From positions 16,344 through 80,343 of the forward strand of contig JAKPTF010000013.1 in assembly GCA_029571225.1 (NCBI GenBank): a DNA stretch of 64,000 nt, written 5' to 3'. Position 1 is the first letter of the stretch. Each line of letters begins with the position of its first letter. The translations under genes and the position numbers were made by a program. The DNA comes from Candidatus Omnitrophota bacterium. GTDB taxonomy: Bacteria; Omnitrophota; Gorgyraeia; Gygaellales; Profunditerraquicolaceae. Of this stretch, positions 20,106-28,930 are shown in pieces. The notes beneath the pieces are model-generated. The model did no database searches and was not told the DNA's origin. It worked only from the letters and a program-made list of their open reading frames with translations.

Positions 20106-20133
20106 GAGGCCCGGCCTTGAAAGGCCGGGCCTC
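20106..20133 (+). other. GC-rich perfect stem-loop immediately upstream of accD
   Basis: GAGGCCCGGCCT-TGAA-AGGCCGGGCCTC, a 12-bp perfect stem (13 bp if the closing T-A pairs). It lies 7 nt before accD ATG. No U-tract follows and no SD is visible for accD. Confidence 0.55.
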
Positions 20134-20140
20134 AAATATT

Positions 20141-20980
20141 ATGGCTTTGTTCGGAAAACCCAAATACACAATCGTGAGGCTCAAGAAAAAGGAGATCCCT
20201 GACGGCCTCTGGACCAAATGCGAGGAATGCAGCGAGGTCCTCTATAACAAGGTCCTTGACGAGAACCTGAAGGTCTGCCCGAAATGCGGGTATCATTTTA
20301 TCCTGGCGGCGCCGGAGCGCCTCAAGATGCTCGTTGATGAGGGTAGTTTCGTCGAATTCGACCCTGACATGGTGTCGAACGACCCGCTCGATTTCAAGGG
20401 CCCCAAGACCTACAGGGATAAGCTTGCCCAGGACCAGGCGGCAACGGGATTGAAGGACGCGGTTATCACCGGCGAGTGCGAGATTAACTCGAAAAAGGCT
20501 GTTATTGCCGTCACCGATTCGCGCTTTATCATGGGCACGATGGGATCGGTTCTCGGGGAGAAAATCACACGGGCGATCGAGCGGGCTACGGAGAGGCGCC
20601 TCCCCGTCATAATCGTTTCCGGTTCAGGCGGCGGTGCGCGCATGTACGAAGGCATGTTCAGCCTGATGCAGATGGCAAAGACGTGCGCGGCGTTAGATTA
20701 TCATCATAGGGCCAGGCTCCTGTATATTTCCGTGCTGACCAACCCTACGATGGCAGGCATTATGGCGTCTTTCGCCGGCGTTGGGGACGTGATCCTCGCA
20801 GAGCCTAAGGCGCTCATAGGCTTCACGGGCCCGCGCGTAATCGAACAGACGATCAGGCAGAAGCTCCCCCCGGGTTTTCAGCGTTCGGAGTTCCTGCTGG
20901 AGCATGGCCTTATCGATATGATCGTCAACCGGAAGAACCTGAAGAACACGTTGAGCAATCTGATAGATTACCTGACCTGA
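20141..20980 (+). CDS. accD: Acetyl-CoA carboxylase carboxyltransferase beta subunit
   Basis: N-terminal zinc ribbon (CEECSEVLY...CPKCGYH). Carboxyltransferase core (GSMGSVLGEKITRAIE, SGGARMYEG). Confidence 0.9.
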   Translation: MALFGKPKYTIVRLKKKEIPDGLWTKCEECSEVLYNKVLDENLKVCPKCGYHFILAAPERLKMLVDEGSFVEFDPDMVSNDPLDFKGPKTYRDKLAQDQAATGLKDAVITGECEINSKKAVIAVTDSRFIMGTMGSVLGEKITRAIERATERRLPVIIVSGSGGGARMYEGMFSLMQMAKTCAALDYHHRARLLYISVLTNPTMAGIMASFAGVGDVILAEPKALIGFTGPRVIEQTIRQKLPPGFQRSEFLLEHGLIDMIVNRKNLKNTLSNLIDYLT

Positions 20981-21903
20981 TGGCAAAAAAACATATCATC
21001 GGTATCGATCTGGGCGGAACCAACCTGAAGATCGCGCTTCTTGACCGCTCATGCCGCATAATCCACAAGCATACCCAGCCGACGGACATCCTTGCAAGCA
21101 AGGAGATGCTGATCACTGCGATCGCAGACGCCATAACCCGCATACTTTCATTATATAATCTGACCAGGAGCGGTATAATGGGGGTCGGGCTCGGACTGCC
21201 CGGTCCTATCGATTTTGACAGGGGCATCGTCCATTTTTTTCCCAACATTCCGGGGTGGAAGGACGTTCCCTTGCAGAAGATCCTTGAAAAAAGGACAGCC
21301 ATCCCGGTTGCGGTTGACAATGACGCCAATGTCATGGCGCTGGCTGAATTCACCCTCGGCGCCGCAAAGGGGGCACGCAATGCGGTCTGTCTGACCCTTG
21401 GGACCGGCGTAGGAGGGGGGCTCATCCTTGACGGCAGGCTGTTCCGGGGTTCTTCGTACGCCGCCGGCGAGATCGGGCACATTCCCGTCAACGAGAAGGG
21501 GCCGGCGTGCAATTGCGGCGGCATAGCGTGCCTTGAATCCTATATCGGCAACAGGCGGATTGCGCAAAAAGTCAAGGCGGTTTTCGGAAAAGACATCCCC
21601 CTTGAAGAGGTATCGGCCATGGCGCACCGCGGCAACCGCAAGGCTTTAGCTATATGGGAATCGGTCGCCGTGCATCTGGGTGTGGGGCTCACCGCAGTCG
21701 TCAATCTGTTGAATCCCGATTGCATCGTCATAGGAGGAGGGGTCGCAGGCGCAGGCTCGATTCTTTTTAACAAGGTTACCGAAACGATACTGCTTCGCGC
21801 CATGCTCGTGCACGCGCGGACGGTCAGGGTCGTGAAGGCAAAATTAGGCAATGACGCCGGCATGATCGGCGCTGGATTACTGGTCAAGGAGAAGAGACGA
21901 TGA
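20980..21903 (+). CDS. ROK family sugar kinase (glucokinase-like)
   Basis: [11 protein letters not shown], a ROK Cys motif ([23 protein letters not shown]), and [11 protein letters not shown]. Confidence 0.8.
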   Translation: MAKKHIIGIDLGGTNLKIALLDRSCRIIHKHTQPTDILASKEMLITAIADAITRILSLYNLTRSGIMGVGLGLPGPIDFDRGIVHFFPNIPGWKDVPLQKILEKRTAIPVAVDNDANVMALAEFTLGAAKGARNAVCLTLGTGVGGGLILDGRLFRGSSYAAGEIGHIPVNEKGPACNCGGIACLESYIGNRRIAQKVKAVFGKDIPLEEVSAMAHRGNRKALAIWESVAVHLGVGLTAVVNLLNPDCIVIGGGVAGAGSILFNKVTETILLRAMLVHARTVRVVKAKLGNDAGMIGAGLLVKEKRR

Positions 21904-22547
21904 AAATATTTATCGATTCTGCGAATGTGAACGATATCAGGGAAGCGGCCTCGCTGGGCGTCATAGACGGCGTGACCACGAATCCAACGCTCGTTGCCAA
22001 AGAGAAACGGCCTGCGGATGATCTTTTAAAGGAGATCTGCGGCATTGTGGCAGGGCCGGTCAGCGCAGAGGTCATTTCCGTGCATGCCGATGGCATGGTG
22101 GAAGAAGCGCAGAAGCTCGTCAGGATCGCGTCTAACATCGTGATCAAGATACCGCTTATCAAGGAAGGGCTCAAGGCCGTGAAGATCCTGTCCGGCCAGA
22201 AGATCAAAACAAACGTGACGCTGTGCTTTTCAGCCTCACAGGCGCTTCTTGCGGCGAAAGCCGGCGCAACGTTCATATCCCCGTTTATCGGCAGGCTCGA
22301 TGACATCAGCCAGACCGGCATGGACCTGATCGCGGATATCAGGCAAATATACGACAATTACTCATTCAAGACTGAGATCATCGTCGCCTCCGTGCGCAAC
22401 CCGGTCCACGTTGTTGACGCTGCGAAGATAGGCGCTGATATCGCGACTGTCCCGTTTGCGGTCATCGAACAGCTTTTGAAACATCCCCTGACCGATATAG
22501 GCATCGCGCGTTTTCTGGAAGACTACAAAAAGATCCCCCAAAAATGA
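21900..22547 (+). CDS. Fructose-6-phosphate aldolase / short transaldolase (type 3B)
   Basis: [16 protein letters not shown]...GVTTNPTL, Schiff-base Lys context IVIKIP, 215 aa. Confidence 0.85.
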   Translation: MKIFIDSANVNDIREAASLGVIDGVTTNPTLVAKEKRPADDLLKEICGIVAGPVSAEVISVHADGMVEEAQKLVRIASNIVIKIPLIKEGLKAVKILSGQKIKTNVTLCFSASQALLAAKAGATFISPFIGRLDDISQTGMDLIADIRQIYDNYSFKTEIIVASVRNPVHVVDAAKIGADIATVPFAVIEQLLKHPLTDIGIARFLEDYKKIPQK

Positions 22548-24751
22548 ACAGGCGCAGTAACCTCATTCTATTCTTTTTGGCCTCTGCGGCGCTCATGTCC
22601 TGCCCGCCGCGCGCACTCGCCAGCGCGATCGATGCTGTAAAAGACAAGGTGGCTGAAAAAAGCGGCCTTGCCGCTGCGGGTGAGATCGACTCGCCTGTTA
22701 CGGTCAACGGCGACACGGTAGAATATTCGACCGAGGAAAAAAGGGTCGTCGCAACCGGCAACGTATTGATAATATATAAGGGCACGACGCTTTCCTGCGA
22801 CAGGGTCTCTGTTGATACCGTGACCAAGGATGCCATCGCCGAAGGCAATGTCCACATCAAGGACGATAAGGAAGGGGTGATGACCGGAAGTCGGGTTTTG
22901 TATAATTTCTCGACCAGGACAGGCACGGTAATTGACGGGGATTTTATGTCCGACCCTTATTACGGGCGCGCGCGAGAGATCTCCAGGGTCAGCGAGTCGG
23001 AGTTTCGCGCCAATAACGGATACGCTACGACCTGCGGCATGGATACGCCTCATTACCGCGTCACCTCAAAGCGCATCACTATATACCCGGGCGATAAGAT
23101 AAAGTCGGAAAATGACGTCGTGTATATCGGCAAATGCCCGGTCGCTTGGCTGCCGTTTTATAATCACAGTTTGAAAGAACCTCTCATGCACGTGCAGCTC
23201 TCGCCGGGCCACAGCAAGGACTGGGGGTATTATCTGCTGTCGGCGTGGAGGTATTATTTCAGCGACGATTTAAGCGGCAGGATATACGCCGATTACCGCA
23301 ACGAACTCGGCTTTGCTGAAGGATTCGGCGCTAATTACCGAACAGGCGGCTTGGGCAGGGGTGACCTGAAATATTACTATATCCAGGAACGGCCGCGCTC
23401 TTATGAAGAGGATCAGCCTGCCGAATTCGAGCGTTCGTTGATCCGCTGGCGCCATAAATGGATCATCGATGACAATACCGATTACGTGTCCGAGTATTAC
23501 AAGATCAACGACGCCAAGCGTGCGGCGTACGGGGCTGAACACAATATGCTGAAAGATTTCTTCTACCGCGAATACGAAAAAGATTCCCAGCCCAGGTCGT
23601 ATGCGCAGGTGCACCGCAATTTCGATTACTCAAGCATGGATGTGCTCGTGCAGGCGCGCGTCAACGACTGGTACAACGCCGGATTCATAGAAAAGCTGCC
23701 TGAGGTTACCTATAGCCTTCCTTCATTCCAGCTCGGGGATTCGAGGTTCTATTTCGACGATTCATCCACCATAGCCAACCTCAACAAGAAAAACACCACG
23801 TCGACTTCACGGGACCCGAACGTGCACGTGAACAGGCTCGACTCCACAAACAAGGTGCTTTTACCCATGAAGGTGGCATTCCTTCAGTTGACGCCGTTCA
23901 CCGGCACGCGGGAGACCGTGTATAACGCTGACCTTGATGCGGATGCGCGCATCAGGACGATATACCTGACCGGCACTGACGTCAGCACGAAATTTTTCCG
24001 CGTATTCGATGTCAGGACAAACGCGTACGGCCTGGACGTCAACCAGCTTCGCCATGTCATCACGCCGACCGTAGGATATGCCTATGACCATGAGCCGACG
24101 ATACCTGCGTCAAAGCTCCGCCAGATAGATTCAACGGACAGCATATCCTACAGCAGTAACAGGTTCACTCTCGGTTTGACCAATGCCTTGCAGACGAAAC
24201 GCCAGAAAAAGACAGTGGACCTGGCTTTGTTTACCGTGTCCAGCTCATATTACATAAGGCCCAAGACCGGGCCGGGCAGTTACATGAGCGATTATTCGTT
24301 TGATCTCGAACTCAAGCCCTATTCCTGGCTTTCCTTCATGAGCGATGCGGTGTACAGCCACAGGTATGATTATTTCTCCAACGCCAATTATGATATCATC
24401 CTGAATATCGCTTCTGAGCGCACATTCAATCTCGGCCAGCGTTATCAGCGCAAAGGCACAAACGAAATCACATTCGGCTATGATTGGCGGTTGACGCCTA
24501 AATGGAAACTCGGGTTATACGAACGATATCAGGTGAATGACGCGCCCCGTGTCCCAAGCGGATGGCGGTATCAGGAATACCGCGTAAGCAGGGACCTCCA
24601 TTGCTGGACTATGGACCTTTCATATACCGTTGAGCCGGATCATGGCACTGGTATCTGGCTGGTTTTCAGCTTAAAAGCCTTTCCGGAAACTTCTTTCAAA
24701 TTCGATAAGACCTACCACGCTCCCAAACCTGGCTCCCAGAGCCCGTATTAA
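22544..24751 (+). CDS. lptD: LPS-assembly outer-membrane protein LptD (OstA family)
   Basis: Signal peptide. OstA_N beta-jellyroll pattern ([40 protein letters not shown]...AEGNVHIKD). Large beta-rich, aromatic-rich C-terminal domain. Confidence 0.75.
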   Translation: MNRRSNLILFFLASAALMSCPPRALASAIDAVKDKVAEKSGLAAAGEIDSPVTVNGDTVEYSTEEKRVVATGNVLIIYKGTTLSCDRVSVDTVTKDAIAEGNVHIKDDKEGVMTGSRVLYNFSTRTGTVIDGDFMSDPYYGRAREISRVSESEFRANNGYATTCGMDTPHYRVTSKRITIYPGDKIKSENDVVYIGKCPVAWLPFYNHSLKEPLMHVQLSPGHSKDWGYYLLSAWRYYFSDDLSGRIYADYRNELGFAEGFGANYRTGGLGRGDLKYYYIQERPRSYEEDQPAEFERSLIRWRHKWIIDDNTDYVSEYYKINDAKRAAYGAEHNMLKDFFYREYEKDSQPRSYAQVHRNFDYSSMDVLVQARVNDWYNAGFIEKLPEVTYSLPSFQLGDSRFYFDDSSTIANLNKKNTTSTSRDPNVHVNRLDSTNKVLLPMKVAFLQLTPFTGTRETVYNADLDADARIRTIYLTGTDVSTKFFRVFDVRTNAYGLDVNQLRHVITPTVGYAYDHEPTIPASKLRQIDSTDSISYSSNRFTLGLTNALQTKRQKKTVDLALFTVSSSYYIRPKTGPGSYMSDYSFDLELKPYSWLSFMSDAVYSHRYDYFSNANYDIILNIASERTFNLGQRYQRKGTNEITFGYDWRLTPKWKLGLYERYQVNDAPRVPSGWRYQEYRVSRDLHCWTMDLSYTVEPDHGTGIWLVFSLKAFPETSFKFDKTYHAPKPGSQSPY

Positions 24752-24785
24752 CGCACCTAAAAATTGAACAAAATTCATCAAGAGC

Positions 24786-24814
24786 TTGACAAAAGGCGTT
24801 TTATATGCTATATT
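24786..24814 (+). promoter_or_regulatory. Sigma70-type promoter P1 in the lptD-pilA spacer
   Basis: TTGACA (24786-24791), a 17-nt spacer, then TATATT (24809-24814). It lies ~250 nt upstream of pilA ATG. Confidence 0.5.
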
Positions 24815-24902
24815 CAGAATGAGATTGAGCTTCGCATTTATATTTTGTTGGATTATATCAACATAGCGCACGGTGGCGCTGTTGAAATAAAACAAAATTT
24901 CC

Positions 24903-24931
24903 TTGACAAAAAACAAAGGAGGTGATATAAA
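24903..24931 (+). promoter_or_regulatory. Sigma70-type promoter P2 in the lptD-pilA spacer
   Basis: TTGACA (24903-24908), a 17-nt spacer, then TATAAA (24926-24931). It lies ~135 nt upstream of pilA ATG. Confidence 0.4.
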
Positions 24932-25067
24932 AGGTCAAGGTATGCGAATGCTGTTTTCCAGGAAACCTCTTGGCATAAAAAGAAATCATCGATACATCTG
25001 TATATTCAATAAGAGGTTAAGAAAGCAGCAGTAACGTAATCATACCATAAGAAAGGGGGACGTTGAA

Positions 25068-25511
25068 ATGAGGAACAGAAAAGGCTTCACGCTCGTGGAG
25101 ATCATGATTGTTGTTGCGATAATCGCATTGCTGGCAGCTATAGCGATCCCTAACCTTTTGAGGGCTCGCCTTGCAGCTAACGAGTCAGCGGCTATCGCAG
25201 CGTTGAAGACGATCGCATCAGCTGCGCATACGTTCAGGGCGGCGAATTCTGCGTATCCGACATCATTGCAAGACCTAGGTAACGCGACCCCTCCGTATAT
25301 TGATTCAGTCCTGGCAGACGGCACGAAGCAGGGTTATGAGTTCAACCTTATCGGCCTGGGCACTTCCGGCGACTCAGGCTTTGAAGCTACAGCCGTGCCT
25401 GCCACACCCGGCACAACAGGCAACAGAGGGTTCTTTGTGGATACTTCAGGGGTCATACGGTATACTACGGACGGTACTCCACCGACGTCTGGTGACAGAC
25501 CCATAGAATAA
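25068..25511 (+). CDS. pilA: Major type IV pilin / pseudopilin (prepilin-type N-terminal methylation domain)
   Basis: MRNRKG|FTLVEIMIVVAIIALLAAIAIPNLL class III signal with E+5. GGGGGA RBS. Followed by a strong terminator. Confidence 0.85.
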   Translation: MRNRKGFTLVEIMIVVAIIALLAAIAIPNLLRARLAANESAAIAALKTIASAAHTFRAANSAYPTSLQDLGNATPPYIDSVLADGTKQGYEFNLIGLGTSGDSGFEATAVPATPGTTGNRGFFVDTSGVIRYTTDGTPPTSGDRPIE

Positions 25512-25532
25512 CACACAAGCGTAGGTATCGTG

Positions 25533-25575
25533 AAAACTACCCGCACCCGGTACCCGTGGTGCGGGTAGTTTTATT
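25533..25575 (+). terminator. Rho-independent terminator after pilA
   Basis: AAAACTACCCGCACC-(10-nt loop)-GGTGCGGGTAGTTTT, a 15-bp perfect stem followed by TTATT. Confidence 0.8.
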
Positions 25576-25587
25576 ATGGGGTAATTA

Positions 25588-26010
25588 ATGAAGGATAATA
25601 AAGCTCGCAGTTTCTTAACCGTCATCATTATAATGGCTTTTGTAGCACTGATCTTACGATTTTCGGTAGAACAGGTGATGCAATGGGCGATCGACCAGAA
25701 CGAGGCGGCGGCGCAGGAATCCCTTAAGCTGGTCTCAACCGCTCTTGAATTATATGCGAAGGATCATATGGGGCAGTATCCGCAGAACCTGAAATCACTG
25801 ATTCAGAGCAGGCCGGCGTACATCAATCCGGATTACATCTCCGAGTCGAGCAAACGCAAAGGGTATGTGTTTTCCTGCTCGCGGCTTGAACAGGCAAGCT
25901 ACAGCTGTTCGGAACGGCCTGCATCGTGCGGCATAACGGGAAAAAGGGTCTTTACGGCTACAACGGGCGGGTCCATGATCATCGAGGAGTGTGCGAAGGA
26001 TGAACGGTAA
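25588..26010 (+). CDS. Pilin-like protein, degenerate pilA paralogue lacking G-1/E+5
   Basis: N-terminus MKDNKARSFLTVIIIMAFVALIL. QNEAAAQESLKLVSTALELYAKDHMGQYPQNLKSL aligns to pilA ANESAAIAALKTIASAAHTFRAANSAYPTSLQDL. The C-terminus is Cys-rich. Confidence 0.45.
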   Translation: MKDNKARSFLTVIIIMAFVALILRFSVEQVMQWAIDQNEAAAQESLKLVSTALELYAKDHMGQYPQNLKSLIQSRPAYINPDYISESSKRKGYVFSCSRLEQASYSCSERPASCGITGKRVFTATTGGSMIIEECAKDER

Positions 26011-26371
26011 AGGCGAACGAGGCCCGGCATCCGGTTTTACGCTCATGGAGCTCATGATCGCTGCTGGTATCCTTGCCTTTGCTATCGTCGGGCTAATGGG
26101 AACTTACATATCGGGTTCGCTCATGGGCGTGGCAAACCGCGGCCTGGTCATTGCAGCGACGGACGCGCAATACGTTCTCGAAAAACTTAAGGATACGACT
26201 TACGCGGACATCGCGTCGTACACGGACACGAATTTCACAAATCTTGACAATGAATCGATCGCGGTTAACGTGACGGCAGGGACGAATGAGAAGGATGTGG
26301 CCGTTAACGTCGCATGGACAGAGGGTGGAAGGCAGAGAAGCTATGTGCTTACGACCAAAATATCCTGGTGA
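26000..26371 (+). CDS. Minor pilin / pseudopilin (prepilin-type)
   Basis: MNGKGERGPASG|FTLMELMIAAGILAFAIVGLMG. ATG 26000 overlaps the upstream stop. Confidence 0.75.
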   Translation: MNGKGERGPASGFTLMELMIAAGILAFAIVGLMGTYISGSLMGVANRGLVIAATDAQYVLEKLKDTTYADIASYTDTNFTNLDNESIAVNVTAGTNEKDVAVNVAWTEGGRQRSYVLTTKISW

Positions 26372-26924
26372 TCAGCGGGGATTCACGCTGGTAGAGGTGA
26401 TGATTGCCAGTTTTATCATGGTCGTGATCATGGGTGCGCTTGTCATGACCCTGCGCGTAGGCGATCTTTCCACAGCCGTAGGCACAGAGCGCGTTGACCT
26501 GGAATCCGAAGTGAAGATGCTTATGCACTGGATGTCAAAGGACATCCGCCAGGCCAAGATCCAGGAGCTTTACAATAACACCCCCTCGACCGACCATATC
26601 ATGTTCAACCTGTGGGAGTGGGATAACGCTACGCTCTCGCAGCTCAAGACAGATGAGTTTGTCGAGTACGAGTATGACCCGTCAGCTCATGTTCTGGCGC
26701 GCAGGTATATCGTTGACAACGTGATTGAGCACGAAGTGAATTTTACCGGCATCGCGATGCATCCGTTCTACACGTCTTACGCTAATGAAAGCTCGAACAG
26801 CTTTAACGGCACGGCATTGCTCACGGGCAGGAGATTGATCGTAGCCATTAAGAAGGAAAAAGAAGCCAGGGGAAGAATAATGAATTTCACGATGCACGAG
26901 GAGATAAGGATACGAAATGAATAA
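26343..26924 (+). CDS. Minor pilin / pseudopilin (prepilin-type, PilW/GspJ-size)
   Basis: MCLRPKYPGDQRG|FTLVEVMIASFIMVVIMGALV. The start at 26343 was chosen as the first ATG giving a short basic leader. Confidence 0.7.
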   Translation: MCLRPKYPGDQRGFTLVEVMIASFIMVVIMGALVMTLRVGDLSTAVGTERVDLESEVKMLMHWMSKDIRQAKIQELYNNTPSTDHIMFNLWEWDNATLSQLKTDEFVEYEYDPSAHVLARRYIVDNVIEHEVNFTGIAMHPFYTSYANESSNSFNGTALLTGRRLIVAIKKEKEARGRIMNFTMHEEIRIRNE

Positions 26925-27798
26925 GCGTGGGTCTGCTCTGATCATGGGGCTTTTCGTGGTCCTTGTGCTTTCCATACTCACCTCGACGTTCCTGTATAAG
27001 CGGGTGAACCAGAACTTTTTGTCCCTGCGTTACGCTGACGAGATACAGGCGCTCTGGGCCGCGGAGGCTGGCATTCAGGCTGTCAGGAACAATAACCTGC
27101 TTTCGAGCGTGGTAACGGGAACTACGGGAAACGCGACCTACAGCGCAACTAGCGATCAGATAGGAATGAGCGATTATTACCACGTCGTATCCACGGGGAC
27201 TTCGGGAACAGTCTCCAGGACCGTCGAGACGGTTATCAGCACGCGCGAGGTGGACGCTACCAAATTCAAATACGGCGTCGAATCCACCGTCACGATAAAT
27301 TTCAAAGGATCATCGACGGTATACGGCGAGAATACGACCAGGCCGGTGCCGTCCAAATACAGGGATCCCGAATATTACCATCAGAACTCGACGTTTAGCT
27401 TTGCGGACCTGTTCTGTTTTTCAACGGATGAGGTCAAGTCTTTGAGCACGGTATATAACGGCTCCTGGCCGTCGGGCAGTATTTCAGGCGTGAACTGGGT
27501 CGTCGCTCCAAGCAATCATTTCAAGGGCAATGTATACGGTTCGGGCATACTGATCGTCGAAGGCGACCTGCGGGTCACCGGGACCATAGATTTCGACGGT
27601 ATTATTTACGTGATGGGCGAGCTCGACATGGCCGGGACCGCTATTGTAGGAGGAGCTATTCTTGCCGAAAGCTCGGCGACCGTGGATACGACGCTAACCG
27701 GCACATGCGACGTCGAGCATAATACCACCAAGATCCAGGCGGCGCTTGACCTGATCAAATACCGGTCGCCCAGGGTCGTGTCCTGGAAGGAATTGTAA
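26917..27798 (+). CDS. PilX_N-type pilus protein with beta-helix-like C-terminal region
   Basis: MNKRGSALIMGLFVVLVLSILTSTF...ALWAAEAGIQ (PilX N-terminal pattern). The C-terminus is GILIVEGDLRVTGTIDFDGIIYVMGELDMAGTAIVGGAILAES. Confidence 0.6.
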   Translation: MNKRGSALIMGLFVVLVLSILTSTFLYKRVNQNFLSLRYADEIQALWAAEAGIQAVRNNNLLSSVVTGTTGNATYSATSDQIGMSDYYHVVSTGTSGTVSRTVETVISTREVDATKFKYGVESTVTINFKGSSTVYGENTTRPVPSKYRDPEYYHQNSTFSFADLFCFSTDEVKSLSTVYNGSWPSGSISGVNWVVAPSNHFKGNVYGSGILIVEGDLRVTGTIDFDGIIYVMGELDMAGTAIVGGAILAESSATVDTTLTGTCDVEHNTTKIQAALDLIKYRSPRVVSWKEL

Positions 27799-27820
27799 TG
27801 TGATCGAGGGAGCAATCTCC

Positions 27821-28315
27821 ATGCGCGCGGTTCGTGCTGATAAGAAGAAAAATCAATCAGGGCTCACCCTTATCGAAGTGCTCGCTGCCACAGGCATCAT
27901 GGCGGCGTGCATATCCGGCCTTTTACTGACGTATATCAATCTTTTTACCATTACCGACCTGATGCGCGATTTCACGCTCGCGGCCAACGCCGCTTCGCAG
28001 AAGGCAGAGGAGTTGAAACGCCTTTCATACGATTCGATCCTCGCATATAATAATACCACGTTTCCCGTTGCCGGTTTCCCGAATCCTGCCGACGCGATCG
28101 GCAGGATAGAGGTAAGCAATGCGACGATCGCGCATTTGAGGCGGATCCGCGTCGTAGTCTCGTTCCGCACCAGGGGCAGGGTGATCGGTGAGGATTTGAA
28201 CCTGAACGGTATGCTGGACGACGGCGAAAATACCGCCCTGTACGCGGAGGCGTCAGGGCCGAGGCTTGATTCTCCGGTGGAGATCGTTACCTATGCCGGC
28301 AATTTTACATTCTGA
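27821..28315 (+). CDS. Minor pilin / pseudopilin (prepilin-type)
   Basis: MRAVRADKKKNQSG|LTLIEVLAATGIMAACISGLLL. GTG 27800 is an alternative start. Confidence 0.7.
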   Translation: MRAVRADKKKNQSGLTLIEVLAATGIMAACISGLLLTYINLFTITDLMRDFTLAANAASQKAEELKRLSYDSILAYNNTTFPVAGFPNPADAIGRIEVSNATIAHLRRIRVVVSFRTRGRVIGEDLNLNGMLDDGENTALYAEASGPRLDSPVEIVTYAGNFTF

Positions 28316-28318
28316 GCC

Positions 28319-28930
28319 ATGAAGAACAGAGGATTTACGTTAATGGAGGCGATGGTGGTGACGGGGCTGGTCAGCGTCATCTTTGCCATCCTTGTGTCCA
28401 TTTTGATCAATTCCGATACCTACTGGAAGACGGGCCAGGACAAAATCCTGGAATACAGCGAGGCGCGCCGCGTTATCGATACAATTGTCAAGGTTATCCG
28501 CGATTCAAATCCGAGCTGGAACGTGAACGGCACCTGCTATAACGTGTCCATATCGGATAATAATACGCGCATAGACGCCTATGTCCCGTTATATAACGAT
28601 GACAATACGGTGAATTCCCTTCAAAAAGTAACATACAAACTTGATCCGTCAAACAGCAGGCAGCTGTTGTTCAAGCGCGGTACCGATGCCGAAACGGTGG
28701 TTTCGGCCATGGTGAGCAATATAGTTTTCGGCGGATCGTGCGACTGTACCTCATCGGACGCCATGAACTGCAACTCGGTCAACACGTCGTGCCCTGCGGT
28801 AAGGGTATTTGTCGCGACCGTCAAGCATGACGTCTTCAACCTGACCACCGACGTGACGCTGCGCAACCGCGTCAATTTGACCTTATCGAACTCGACCGGC
28901 ATAGAGGAGCCGGAGGAAGGAGAGTTCTGA
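28319..28930 (+). CDS. Minor pilin / pseudopilin (prepilin-type)
   Basis: MKNRG|FTLMEAMVVTGLVSVIFAILVSIL. Confidence 0.75.
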   Translation: MKNRGFTLMEAMVVTGLVSVIFAILVSILINSDTYWKTGQDKILEYSEARRVIDTIVKVIRDSNPSWNVNGTCYNVSISDNNTRIDAYVPLYNDDNTVNSLQKVTYKLDPSNSRQLLFKRGTDAETVVSAMVSNIVFGGSCDCTSSDAMNCNSVNTSCPAVRVFVATVKHDVFNLTTDVTLRNRVNLTLSNSTGIEEPEEGEF

